A stretch of DNA of 63,180 nt, counting the filler, from Folioceros fuciformis (taxonomy: Eukaryota): assembly GCA_049999805.1 (NCBI GenBank). It is 3 parts of 3 records of this genome, joined end to end, with 100 filler letters (N's around TTAATTAATTAA, not from the genome) between each part and the next. Parts side by side here need not be neighbours in the genome. Positions count along the whole stretch, not along the records: positions 21,484 to 46,303 come from JBNGIO010006348.1; 2 more parts are not named here. One strand, written 5' to 3'. Under the pieces are notes generated by a model. The model had not been told where the DNA came from. It did not search any database and saw nothing but the letters and a program-made list of their open reading frames with translations. Positions 34,249 to 45,852 of this stretch are shown piece by piece; the first letter of the stretch is position 1, and every line of letters starts with the position of its first letter. A program made the translations under genes and the position numbers.

Positions 34249-36345
34249 ATGGCAGCAGGAGCGATGGAGGTGAACGGGAAGGATGTGGTCGTGGACGACG
34301 ATGAGAAGAGGCTGAATGAGCTGGGGTACAAGGGGCAGTACAAGCGGGTGATGAGCCCGTTCGAGCAGTGGGCTTACACCTTCTCCTATACCGCGCCCCT
34401 TGGATTCGTGACGGGCTATTACGGCTACATGTACTCCTACGGCGGACCTGTCACTATTTTCTGGGGATTTCTGGCCACCGCCATCGGCACTCTCATGATG
34501 GCGTTCGCAATGTCGGAGGTGATCAGTGCGTATCCCACTCTGGGGAGCGTGTACTACTGGGTGGCCCAGCTGGTGCCGAGGAAGCACGCTGCCTGGTCTG
34601 CTTGGTTCGTGGGATGGGTGTATCTGGTGGGCTCCTTCTGTGGAACCGCCTTGAACGAGTACCTGCTGGCGCAGCTGGTGGCCACCATGATCCTGCTGGG
34701 AACCGGGGGGGCGCAGGGTGGGGGGTATCAGCTTACTGATGCCCAGGTAGGAGGGTGTTTTTGTCAAGTTATGAATTCCAAGCTCTTGTGTGTGTGTGTG
34801 TGATGGGGTGGGGTGGAACGGCGTCTGGTTTGAAGGGGATGCGGTTGCTTGTTCGCTGTTCTTTGCGGACGAGTGTGCTCAGAATCGGAGTGCGGCAATG
34901 GTGGGAATTTCGAGTATGACTGCTGAGGAATGGAGTGCTTGCTGTTGGAACAGATAGCTGGAGTGACCGCTGGGCTCTTCTTCTTCCACTTCTTCGTCAG
35001 CATTGTGAGCACCAGGTGGCTGGGCCGGCTGAGTTCTATCGGAGCCTGGTTCCAGATTCTGTCCATCCTGGTGATCGTGGTGACGCTGCTGGCCATCTCC
35101 CCGAAGTACCAGAGTGCGGAGTTCGTGTTCACGCATTTCGTGAAGGCGCCGGGCAGCGGAATCCACTCCGCCGCGCTGGTGGTGCTGCTGGGCCTTCCCT
35201 ACTTCCAGTCCATCCTCACGGGGTTCGAGGTGGGTTCGCACGTGGTGGAGGAGGTGACGACGGCCTCCGTGGCCGGCCCAAGGGCTATGATCCGCTCTGT
35301 GTACGTCACGGCCGGGGTGGAAATCGTTCTCCTCCTTGTCATGACGTTCTGCATCCAGCATCCTGAAAACCTGCTGAGCGAGTACACTGCCACTGGTAAG
35401 AATCTTCATTTCTTCACAAAGTGGTCGCGACATTCGCAACAATCGCAACTATTGCGTCGCCCGCCTCACCGTCTCTCGAATTTCCTGTTGTGCAGGAGGA
35501 GGAGACACTTCCGCTGGAAGCCAGGTGTTCTACGATGCTTTCCGCGCCAAGTACGGTCACGGCACGGGTGGATCCATTGCCTTCACGGCGCTGGCAGCCG
35601 GTTCCCTCTTCTTCGGAAACATTACGAACGTCACTCTGACAGCCAGGATGGTGAGCGTTTCTTTCTTCTCCCACTCGCACCCGTCCTCCGACTCTGGAAT
35701 CCCAGCCAGCCGCGCTCATACAATGCCACTCCATTTCCTTCCACTTTCCCCGTGATCGCGTTTGTTTGACAATGTTTGTCTCCTCCTGTTGTGTCATGGC
35801 AGCTCTACGCCATGGCCCGGGACGTGGCTCTCCCCTTCCACGGCTACCTGGTGAAGCTGACTCCCGACCATAAAATACCAGTGAACGCCACAGTGGTGAC
35901 AGTCATCGGCTCCTTCCTTTGCACGCTGCCCAGCCTCGGGAGCAGTGTTGCCTTCACCGCCATCACAGCCATGTCCACTATCACCGCCTACGGGCCATAC
36001 ACCGTCATCCTGGCCTGCCGTCACATATTCAACAACGGCTTTGTGTCAGGCCCCTTCTCGCTTGGCAGGTGGAGCATCTTCATCGGAGGGTGGGGAGCAC
36101 TGTGGGGCGCCGCCATGTCCATTCTCTTCTGCTTGCCTCCCGAGTATCCTGTCACCGGCTCCAACCTTAACTACGCCGTCATCAGCATGGCTGGTTGCAT
36201 CGGTTTCGGAATCATCTACTGGTTCACGGTTGCCAAGTTCCAGTTCCAGGGCCCAAAGAGAGTCGTGGACCAGGACCGTGCCAAGGACGATCTGGAGGCT
36301 TACACCAATGGCCACGGGGGGCTCAAGGTCGTTCAGCAGCAGTGA
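34249..36345 (+). CDS. Amino-acid/GABA permease, APC superfamily (BAT1-like), 4 exons
   Basis: Exons 34249-34746, 34954-35395, 35496-35650 and 35803-36345. Motifs RLNELGYK, YGGPVTIFWG, MSEVISAYPTLGSVYYW, GPFSLGRW, NLNYA, FQGPK; many transmembrane segments. Confidence 0.92.
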
Positions 36346-37542
36346 GCCCTCCGTTTCTCCTTCCTCGCCTCTGTACAACCTTGCAGTGTGTACACCTCTT
36401 GGACATGACTGTTCCAGAGCTCCCGTTCTTTGGGCAACGCATTCGAGTCGCGCTCCGATGTCGCAACCAACCTCTCACCCGCCAGCTTCTTCTGCTATCC
36501 GCCCAAGCACCTATTATCCGTGAGAGTGGCACACTGGGAGCTGCTGAACGCCAAACAACGCATATTGCACATGTTCCAAAGTAAACCATCGCCGACATCG
36601 TTCTACCCGTCCCTCTACAGCCATGGGTTTGGTCCAATCATAGAGTTGTTTTGTTCCCCTCGTATGTATCTGTAACATATCTTGGAGACCGGCGAACTAC
36701 ATCTCCAAAACTTGTATGTTATGAATTTTGTATGCTTTTCAAACGTGCATCCCTTCTTGCACTCTTTGTGTGCATGGCTGACTGAAGATTGAAATCACCA
36801 GAACACGAAATCTATGAAAAGCGAACGAATCAGAAATCTTCAAGTTTCTCAGATCCATTCGGCGTCACATCCGTATGGTTCGTCCTGGTAGAGACCTGGC
36901 ATTATTCACCCTGGGTCAAGATGATTTCTGACAGCCCTCCACTGCTTTACGCCCACCATGTTGTCGCACCTTCAAAAGAGTTTGGACGACAGCGCAGCTT
37001 ATAGCAGCTACAGGATCACTGTGGGCCAGTCCGTCTCACCAACACGATCCTGGTCGTCAGGGGAAACGAGAGTATGGATGTGCAGATTCCCGGAGTGAGA
37101 GAAAATAGGGTTTGTTTCATGGTTGCTGGGAAGCCCTTCTGCCGTTGTTGACCACTGCTGATAGTGGTTTTCGCTGTTCGCACGTAAGCTACGTACCCCT
37201 CTGCCAGCCTACGAGAGCAGACGTCGCTGCATCGAGTGAACCTAAATCGATGCCTCGCAAGACCGATTCAAGGCTAGCCGGGAAGGAGAAACAAAACCAT
37301 GGTGGAAAGAAGAACAGCACGTTCGGCGAGCTTGATACATTCCTGGCAAGTTACATACACTATACATGTGCTTTCGCAATACAAATTTTAAGGATACAAA
37401 AAATAAAGCCTTCCATGTGATGTGCATGAAGACTGAAGGTCTAAAGGGCTTGAAAGACATGGCAGTGATGCATGTAATCTGAAGCATCTACCAATCCACT
37501 GAGGTAGCAGCAGCCGACGTCCCACCAGTACTTGCTGTTAAC

Positions 37543-37908
37543 TCACACTTCGTCCTCGTGGAGGAGCATGTTTGCAATTCCCTTAGAGACAGGGAAGCGG
37601 CGTTGAGTTTCTGGACAGATGAGGGCCCCCTCCACCAACTCCACCTCCAAGAGCGCATGATGCAGCTTCCGCAATAATTCCTCGTCTAGGCTGTCGAGCT
37701 CCACGGCCTCTGGCAAATCCTGCACTCCAAGCTTCGCGGCTGCCTCTACGAAGCCTTTCCACTCAATCCTGGGCAGGATGTGGCGCATGAAGTCGGGGTT
37801 GAAGGGGACTTCCACTGTCGTCGAGGACGTCACCTCCAGACCTAGGGGATAGCCCTTCGTCACGCCTTTCGCCGTGCACGCAAGAAAGTTGTGCGCCAAC
37901 AGCCTCAT
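37543..37908 (-). CDS. TRM112: TRM112 methyltransferase activator subunit (121 aa, intronless)
   Basis: MRLLAHNFLAC..KGVTKGYPL...LHHALLEVELVEGALICPETQRRFPVSKGIANMLLHEDEV. Confidence 0.95.
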   Translation of the reverse strand: MRLLAHNFLACTAKGVTKGYPLGLEVTSSTTVEVPFNPDFMRHILPRIEWKGFVEAAAKLGVQDLPEAVELDSLDEELLRKLHHALLEVELVEGALICPETQRRFPVSKGIANMLLHEDEV

Positions 37909-38159
37909 CGTGTTAGCAGGAGAATTCGATCCGCACACTGGTTCGAGATGGGCTGAAACAATCGCCAAGGACTGCGAGTTGTTAGGTTCTGCCCTTAACG
38001 TCTGTGGAAAGCCCTTCCTAGCTCCGATGGTGGCCCTGTTTGTTGAAGTATGTACATGTGTAATGTGAAGAATCTTTTCCAAGAATAGCCACAATTTACC
38101 GCGAGGTGTTGGCTGCGTCGTCGGGATCAACTGAGCTTGCATGAGGCGGTCACGCTTCC

Positions 38160-41100
38160 ATGAGGTCGCAGTCGTACAACTTCCCCGGACCGTGGCCTAC
38201 CACTTGTGTTGGCTCTGTCCTTGCCTCACCACAGCTGGTAGATCCGGCAGGTTTGTCCGAGTCTCTTCTCTGTGAAACTTGGGTGGTGATGCTGCACAGT
38301 AACAGCTGTTCTGAGATTGGTTTTCGTGTTGCAGTGGATCCTCTTCTATTCGATAGAGAAGGCGATCCTCAGAGACTAGCATCGGTCGGGGGTCGGATTT
38401 TCGAGGTTGGTGTTGACCTTGCATTGCAGATGATTGAAAAGGGTTGCATGGTTACTTGCATGTTAATAGCATTGCATGCCTGCCAGCAGTCAGAATGGAA
38501 TCAAGGCAATCCCCCTCTCGAAGACCTCGTCGATGCAGATGTGTCTGCCGAATATGTGGGCAGCTCTGATGCATCACGTGGATTTCTCGGAAATCAGCTA
38601 TGGGGTGTGCAGGTACTCAATTGAATACCCATATCTTTCCACATTAAGGCCAACCCTTGCTTGGCCTTGCTTTTGCCGAGCTGTGCATGAGATGAGTGGC
38701 GGTTGGCAGGGTCAAGACGGAACCACACAACTCTTCTTCCCTACCGGTGATAACCAAGATAGAGTGGGAGGTGCCCTGCTTTCTTCATCTGGTAAGGGAA
38801 ACCGGTGGCGGCTCTCATCCAGTCTTGGAGACTCTGGCGTTCCCTCGAAGAAGTTTACCGAATCCGTTAGTTTGCAAAGCCCGATCCTGCAGGTCAGTAT
38901 GTGTTGTGTCTTACACTCTTTAAGTTGCGTGCTGCTCTTTCACCTGTGCCTGCTTTAGCACATCATAACAGTTGCTGAACTTTTGGAACAGTTATCAGGA
39001 GTGAAGGACGATACTCAGTTAGGTGTCTCGCTCATAGCAGCACGTTCACTGTGTTCTGTCAGTATCCTTGGGGCCTTGCAAGAGGTATCTTGACTTCGTG
39101 TGCTATTTACGTAAGCTTTGCTTTTCGGTGTTGTAGCAGATGTTGGACTAAGCATTTCCTTTTTTTCCTCTCGTTTTTCTGGTTTATGATTTGGTGTCGG
39201 ATCACAGAAGGAGCACATCCGTTTTACTTGTATTGCAGGGCTGGATTTCAATGATCCTTTGTGCCATGTAAGTGTTCTGTAGCCCTGGGTGGCTGCTTTA
39301 TTCATTTCCCTGTGTCCTTGCTCCACTGATGGGTTTGAAATTCGTCTTTCAAGGTTGCGTGGAATTCTCACATTTATGGGGAAGCTGCTGTGGCATTTGC
39401 CACAGGAAATGTTTACATGCTTGATGCGGAAGTTTCCTCGGGAAACTTGCATTTGACACCTACTGGCACGCTGATATCGTCAAAGAGCAATGGAATATAC
39501 GGTTCAGGAAACAGGTGGTTCTGGCAGGAGCAAGCAAGCAGGCGGGAAAGGCTGAAGCAACTTCAGGAAACGTCGATTCCTAGCAATACTGCAAAAGCAG
39601 ACTGGTGGTGTTGTGAGTATGCCTGGCACCCTCGAACTATCTTTGTCGCTGGGTCTGAGCAAGTGTCGCTGGTTGACTTCAGGAGCAAGGCAGTAAATCC
39701 CCGGATGCAGGCTCCGTGTGGTGCATCTGAGAAAATCATCCCTTCACAGTCGTCCATTGTTGCAAAGGCGACATGCTCCGGTTACTGCACCCAGAGTGTT
39801 GACAGAGACCATTTTCTTGCTTTTAGCAGGGATGAGTTTCAGGGGATGTATCATTTTTGTGTTGCTAGCAGGAAGCATCTCATGCTGTATGATGTTCGGC
39901 GACCTCACACCCCTGTACTCCAGGTTTGTTTGGTTCTGCGTCTCACTCCAGCGGTTACAACTAAGTGCAGGCTGTATTATAGTTGGGTTGGCAGTGCTAT
40001 CTACAGCTAACCTGGGGTGCAAATCATTGGCAGTGGGAGCATACCATGTCAAAGGAGCCGCCAAAACTTTTGGTTATCCACCCCATGTCGTTGCTGACCT
40101 CTGGGATGATGAACTCGTCCAGCTCCACTTCGAGCTCAGGTTAGGATCTTCTAACCTGTCCCACAGTTCAGCCACGAGGGGACATTGTGGAGTCTGAGGT
40201 TGTACTGCTGTGTTAATTCCTCTTCCTCAGGGAGCATCGTACTGGCGGCAAGTGTGAGGTCAGGGGACATTCGTGCATTTTGTTATGGACCTCAATCGGC
40301 TGTTGCACCAGTCCTGCCAACGAGAGTGACAAGGGCAAAGAAAAAATCAGACCTGGATGATGTTTTGTGTGCCTGGGAGCTTCCATCCAAGGTGTTTGCT
40401 CCTCAAGAAAAGCTTGACAATTCCTCGGAAATTTCACTTTGTGTAAGGGATATGAATGTGGAGGAGAACTATATATCAGGGCTTACTGTTCTCGGTCATT
40501 CAGGGGAGATCAAAGGCAAAAAGACTCGCTTTGGTGGCAAGCACTTTTCAATTGTGCAGCTCACTGGGGAAGGTGACATTGTCGTGCAAAATTATAAGGG
40601 CTCTCACCAACTGACAAGAGGCGCGGCAGAGATACTATCCAATGTTGACACTTCTCTGTCAGGTTTGTGAAGTCTTTACCGGGAGCTCATTTGTGCATCA
40701 TCTCTTTTTGTTTCGTGTCACGTCAGTTTGGGGCTAACCTACCTACGGTCCAGCTGCAGCGGAAGAAGGCGGATACAAAATAGAAAGAATGCCTGCACTT
40801 CTCAACTGTATCCTTCAACCATCAATGTACAATGAATTGTGATTGCTTGCTATGTATGTTTATGCTGTTTCTTCTTGACGGCATATAGATATTCGGAAGG
40901 GGTCCGTCTGGCCAGCTTATCACTCCAGGCCCTCTGAGAACAACCTAAGTGAGCAGTCTTCGTCAGTTCCGAGCGTAGGGCAAAAGAGGAAGCGGAAGAG
41001 CATACCGTTGGGCAGGCGTGTAAAGGCTAAAAAGGTCGTGTTTGACCAGGACAGACTTCGAAGGTGTCTCTCAGATATTGTCGGCAATATTGAGGCAAGG

Positions 41101-42223
41101 TCCTTACCAGCTGATTGTGGCACTGGAGTTCAGAAGGGGAAGATCATTAATCAGCTGAGAATAAACCTTTTCGAGCCTGATTGCTCACTTGCTATGTATC
41201 CTCAGTTGATGTCCGTATTGTGCTGCGAGGATTGGTTGCAGTTCTTGTTTTGAAAAATAGAGCCATGTTCCTTGTTTTGTCTTCACCGCATATTAGACAT
41301 GAAGTTGGGAGGAAACTGGTGCAGATGCAGCTCCCTGCAAGTGTTGCAGAGCTTCCAAGTGGCATGCCTTCTCACATGGAGGATGTGTCTGAGGTGGTTA
41401 AGAGGCGTCCACCTCTTCTCACAAGTTTGCTTGGGGGGGTGGCTAAAGAAGCAGGGTTCTTGTCAACCGGAGGAGCACCAGAGTTATCCGAACGTCATCC
41501 TACAGTTCCTCTGCCCTTGCTTATTGACTTCTTGCAACACAGGAACGAGGCCCATCTAGATGATGTTAATAAGCGGGAGAAGGATGAGGCAGAAGGTCCA
41601 AAGGATGGTTGCTCGGCAAATGGCGTGAAGAGCAGTTACGAAGTCCTCGTGGAGGAAAACCTTGGGCTTAGTGGTAGTATTGATCAGGTCCTGCAGGAAC
41701 AAGAGATAGATTCCGGTACAACCTTGTTAGATGACATGGAGTTGGAAAATCACGAGGGAAGATCAAGTATGATGACTTATAACGTGTTATGGGACATGCA
41801 TGATCCGATGATCAATGAGGCCGACAGAGAAGTCCTGGTCCAGGCAGGTGTGCCAAGGAGTAATGGACCTCTCGCTCCCGGGCCCGATCTTCCCGGGTAC
41901 TACTTCACCAGATTTGTAGCCAGAAGAAAGCCAGAAAAGGAAAGCCCCACTGACAAAGGTGGAGAACCTGGTGCTGGCTTGGACCCATCGCTTTGCCCCA
42001 TCGTGCTCCCCTATGATGGCAAAGGTAAACCGACAATCTTCCTGTCCATGCTAAGTTGGTGCTGATGTGTGTTGTGTTCTAATCCGGTCTCCGGTGGCTC
42101 TTTGTAGATGTTGAACTTGACGCTTACAGTTTGGAAAAAATAAAAGCCAGGGAAGCAGCAATGAGGAAATGGACCCAGTCCCTTCCTCAATATCAAGCCC
42201 TGTTTTCGAGGTCCATATGCTAG
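38160..42223 (+). CDS. TAF1C: TAF1C-like RNA polymerase I TBP-associated factor (multi-exon; internal junctions only partly resolved)
   Basis: VAWNSHIYGEAAVAFATG, CEYAWHPRTIFVA..VSLVDFR, LMLYDVRRPHTPVLQ, CAWELPS, and C-terminal LCPIVL..ELDAYSL..KWTQSLPQYQ match the plant TAF1C pattern. Last exon is 42108-42223. Confidence 0.75.
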
Positions 42224-43837
42224 ACTTGCTGACATTGGAGAAAATGGTTGATTTATCTCGAGGAGTAAGTTTTGTAGCTAGGTGCGAGATGCTGGCTAAA
42301 CCGCGCCATGCTTGAGGAGTTGAGGTTGAATCTTGCCCTACATGATGTGGGCAGTTCTTTGTAACGTGAATTTGTATATTACAGGTCTCTACTAGTTACG
42401 TTAAATTTCAAATCCGTCACCTTTGATGAAGGCCTGCTGTGAATACTTGGAAGGAATACAATGTGGAGCTGAGGCTAAAACGCACTGTACACGTACGCGG
42501 TTCGCGCACTGGATTCTACAATTTGTGGACCCAGGTCCAGAGTTCAAATCTCGCTAGAGTCTCTCGGTAGAAGCACCTGTGCCGTCTGGCATGATGAATC
42601 GAGGACGAAACACATCATTGAGGTCATAGAATAAAATTAATACAAAAATATTTATCATACAAAATTGTAAAAAGGTGTTATACTTTTCTTTTTTTCACAA
42701 TCTCTATTGTTCTTTGTGCCCACAGCTTGAAGGGAGCGGGAGCCTGAATTGGGCGACTACTCCAAACGTTAAAGGTACGTGGTGGGGCTTTTGAGGTTTC
42801 TACAAGCCTGCGAACATCTTGGACCCTATTGACCTCAAGTTCCGTTTTACAAGCATGAGGAGACAGTGAGCGGGCCCCAAGGAGATTGCATTGCAGTCAC
42901 AATGACAAACATTATGAAAAGGGCATTAGTGAAAAGCACGACCAACCAAGAAACGTCACACAAAGGATGTGCAAGTGAGTCCATAGTGGCATAGCAACCA
43001 GGCTACAGGAGTTGGAAAGCAGCGGAATTTTGTAACATAGAATTCAGGACAAGGGGCAAAAGGCTATTGTGAGCCAAATAAATGTATACTACGAATAGAA
43101 CTGGTATGACCACGTTTCATTCCAATTTTGAACACCGAGCATCCGATGTACTATGTCCATGCGATGTTGTGACCTGGGTAGCATTCACAATGCCTTGCTG
43201 CGCAGTTGCGCAGTATTCAGCATAATGAGCACACTGTGCAGGAAACTGCAAATCGAGCAAGCGGGGCTCGCACACAGTGAGCGACTACCCCACCATACAC
43301 GGGCCGGGTACTGAAATGGCATGCCGGGTTCCAAGATTGCTTAAACATGTATTACTTTGTGTTATAAATTCTGATCCTTGTTTAGAAGTGTGTGTGTGCA
43401 CTGGAGCGAGCGCGCGGGCATGTGCTTCGCGGACGCACTTGCAAGTATGCAAGCTTAATAATCTGAGGTCCTTTCATTTCAGGTGGTCACCAAACGTAGA
43501 AGCTAGGCTAGGCCTTCTACGTCACCATGGCACCCGCACAGCTTGCCTTCTGCCGGGCCAGGCCAGGCCTGCCCTTGACGTGACCGCCAGGCCCTCTACG
43601 TGACCACCACACCCGCGCCCTCACCCGCATTGCTAGCCTTCTACCTTGGACACTTCTACCTTGGCACCTTGGTGTGTTCACGACTTGCTAATCAGGTTCA
43701 TTGATCATTGCGGCTTTCTTCATGTTCATAAGTGTGCGCATTACTGGAGCTCAAGATCGAGTGCTTTGCTTAAAATTTTGCTGGTACCACCTGTATAGAA
43801 AGCTTGCCTGGATTACTGGACAGGCCTTGGCCTTGGA

Positions 43838-44200
43838 ATGATTGTAGAGGCTACAGAGTCAAACACCATGGCATCTCATAGTATATATCCCATGGTTCTT
43901 ATCGATTTGGATACCTATAACAATGAAAATAAAGAGCTTCACATGCTAGAAGGTCCCAAGGAGAGGGCACAATGGTCTACACGTTCTACTCAAGCCCTTC
44001 TGGATGCATTTGAGGATATGTATGTAAAATTGGAGAGAGGGAATTTTGCAGCAAAGCATTGGAGGCAAATTGCTGCATCCATTGGAGGTGCTTGTTCTTG
44101 GAAAGTGAGCTATGTGCAGTGTAAATAGAAAATGGACGCATTGAAAAAGAGATACAAGCAAGAGTGTTTGAAGAGGGGTAAGCGGGTGCCCTTACACAAG
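43838..44200 (+). pseudogene. Myb/SANT-like (trihelix or Harbinger-type) DNA-binding domain relic
   Basis: QWSTRSTQALLDAF...KHWRQIAASI...VQCK*KMDALKKRYKQE, with an in-frame TAG at 44126. Confidence 0.7.
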
Positions 44201-44272
44201 CTGTCATACCTGTGGAAAAGAATGTCCCACCAACATCCAATTGTGATAAGGTCTCTACATCCCACAACAATC

Positions 44273-44422
44273 TTGTTGTACATGTCCGGAGTACAGCTGT
44301 GGACGAGGTTAGTTCTAGGATTGTTGTATATGTCCGGAGTGCAGCTGTGGACGAGGTTAGTTCTANNNNNNNNNNGATTGTTGTATATGTCCGGAGTGCA
44401 GCTGTGGACGAGGTTAGTTCTA
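44273..44422. repeat. 48-bp tandem repeat (at least 3 copies, gap inside)
   Basis: TTGTTGTA(C/T)ATGTCCGGAGT(A/G)CAGCTGTGGACGAGGTTAGTTCTA. Confidence 0.92.
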
Positions 44423-45441
44423 CACCTAGAATGAAGCAGAGAAACAATTTTTCTTACTAGCCTTGATTTGGCCCAAATGAGAACTCGAAGGGAGAGAGAC
44501 ATGTGGTTGAAGATGGTATTGGGTCTCCAAACAAACCTATAACAACGGCTTCCAAGTTGCCCAATGTTTTGAGACAAAACACGTCACCTAAAAAAAAAGG
44601 GTAGAAGAATATCTTTTGGAAGTTATTTGAAGGAAGGTCTGGGTAATTTTGCAAAAGTTTATTCTGACATAGAGCTTGCTAGGATGGCTAAAACCACGTT
44701 TTTAGCAAATTGGTGATGCAAATGCTCAAGCTCACATGCAAACTCAAGTATAGATAGCTCAAATCTTTGCAACAGCTTTGAAAAAAGACAAGTAGTGAGC
44801 AAAGCCACAAGTTCTCTCTACATGTATTTTATTTCTCAAGGAATGCACATGAGAAAGTACAATCCTGAAAGAACTTCTTTGTTGAACATTTATTTTGCCT
44901 ACCTTTGATTTCCAGTACCACTCATTGCACGCTGATTGATTCTCCACGCTCGCCATTCTTGGTATATAGCCAATCTCATCAACTTTGTCTTCCTGTTCAA
45001 CCTTTTCTGGGTCATAAAAAAAGATCGTTTTTTTGAATGATATTAGAAGGGGCTAGTGCCCCTTTTTGCCTTTGGCCCTACTTGGGTTGTTCCTCCAATC
45101 TCTGGAGTAGATAGGACTTTCCATCTCTACCGATTTTGGCACATAGTGGTATCAACCTCATTTTGAGTGTTTTGTTATCCCTAGCTTGCCTACCCTTAAT
45201 GGGAATTTCTATTAATGAAGATGCCTGACTTTTGAAGAGGTTCTCATTGTTTTATGTAAAAATTTTAAATATAAATTTTTATAATAATATTTGTTTCTCT
45301 ATTGGTCTAGATAGTATTTCAAGTATGATGATTTTTTAAAACTATTTTTTATTCTTTTATTATTATTATGAAGTTACATACTTTGTTCTTGTTCTTGGTT
45401 AAAATTGTTGAGTTAAAACTTGATATCTTGGTAAGTGGAAT

Positions 45442-45852
45442 GAGACGTTCGCAATGTTCTTCCTTTATATCAAACAAATATTCAAAGTTTCTAACACTGA
45501 CAAGACAAATGTATTGTAATCACACATCAGTTCCTTACATTGCTTTGACCATATGTAAATCCTTCTCCCTAAACCTATGCTTAACCATTGAATGACAGTT
45601 GCACCACCCCATAAATCTTCTAAACTTGCTAACAATTTTATTTTATCCATGTATTAATAAATATTTTAGATAGTTGGTCCATGAATACTGACCAAGACTT
45701 CTCCTGACAAGTACTTTCATAGTTGTCATTTCATTGAGATCATTTTCTTCTATGCCTCTTTCCAATTCTGCAATTGCTTTGATTCATAGTTCTATTGATG
45801 TTACTATTCCATTTAACAAATATTCAATACAATCGAATAAGCAATTGCTTGG
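45442..45852 (-). pseudogene. Decayed OTU-like cysteine protease domain
   Basis: SNCLFDCIEYLL..IEL*IKA (Cys box), LWGGATVIQWLSIGLGRRIYIW (WGG motif) and EEHCERL (His box), with one stop and two frameshifts. Confidence 0.55.

Noticed and set aside
33730-35448. Long antisense ORFs over the permease (and 56267-56986 over PRP6)
   Set aside because: Shadow ORFs caused by codon bias of the real sense-strand genes.
39062-39069. Second GTATCCTT U12-like donor in the TAF1C-like gene
   Set aside because: Reads plausibly as coding (CSVSILG) and no well-placed TCCTTRAC branch point follows; unresolved without RNA-seq.
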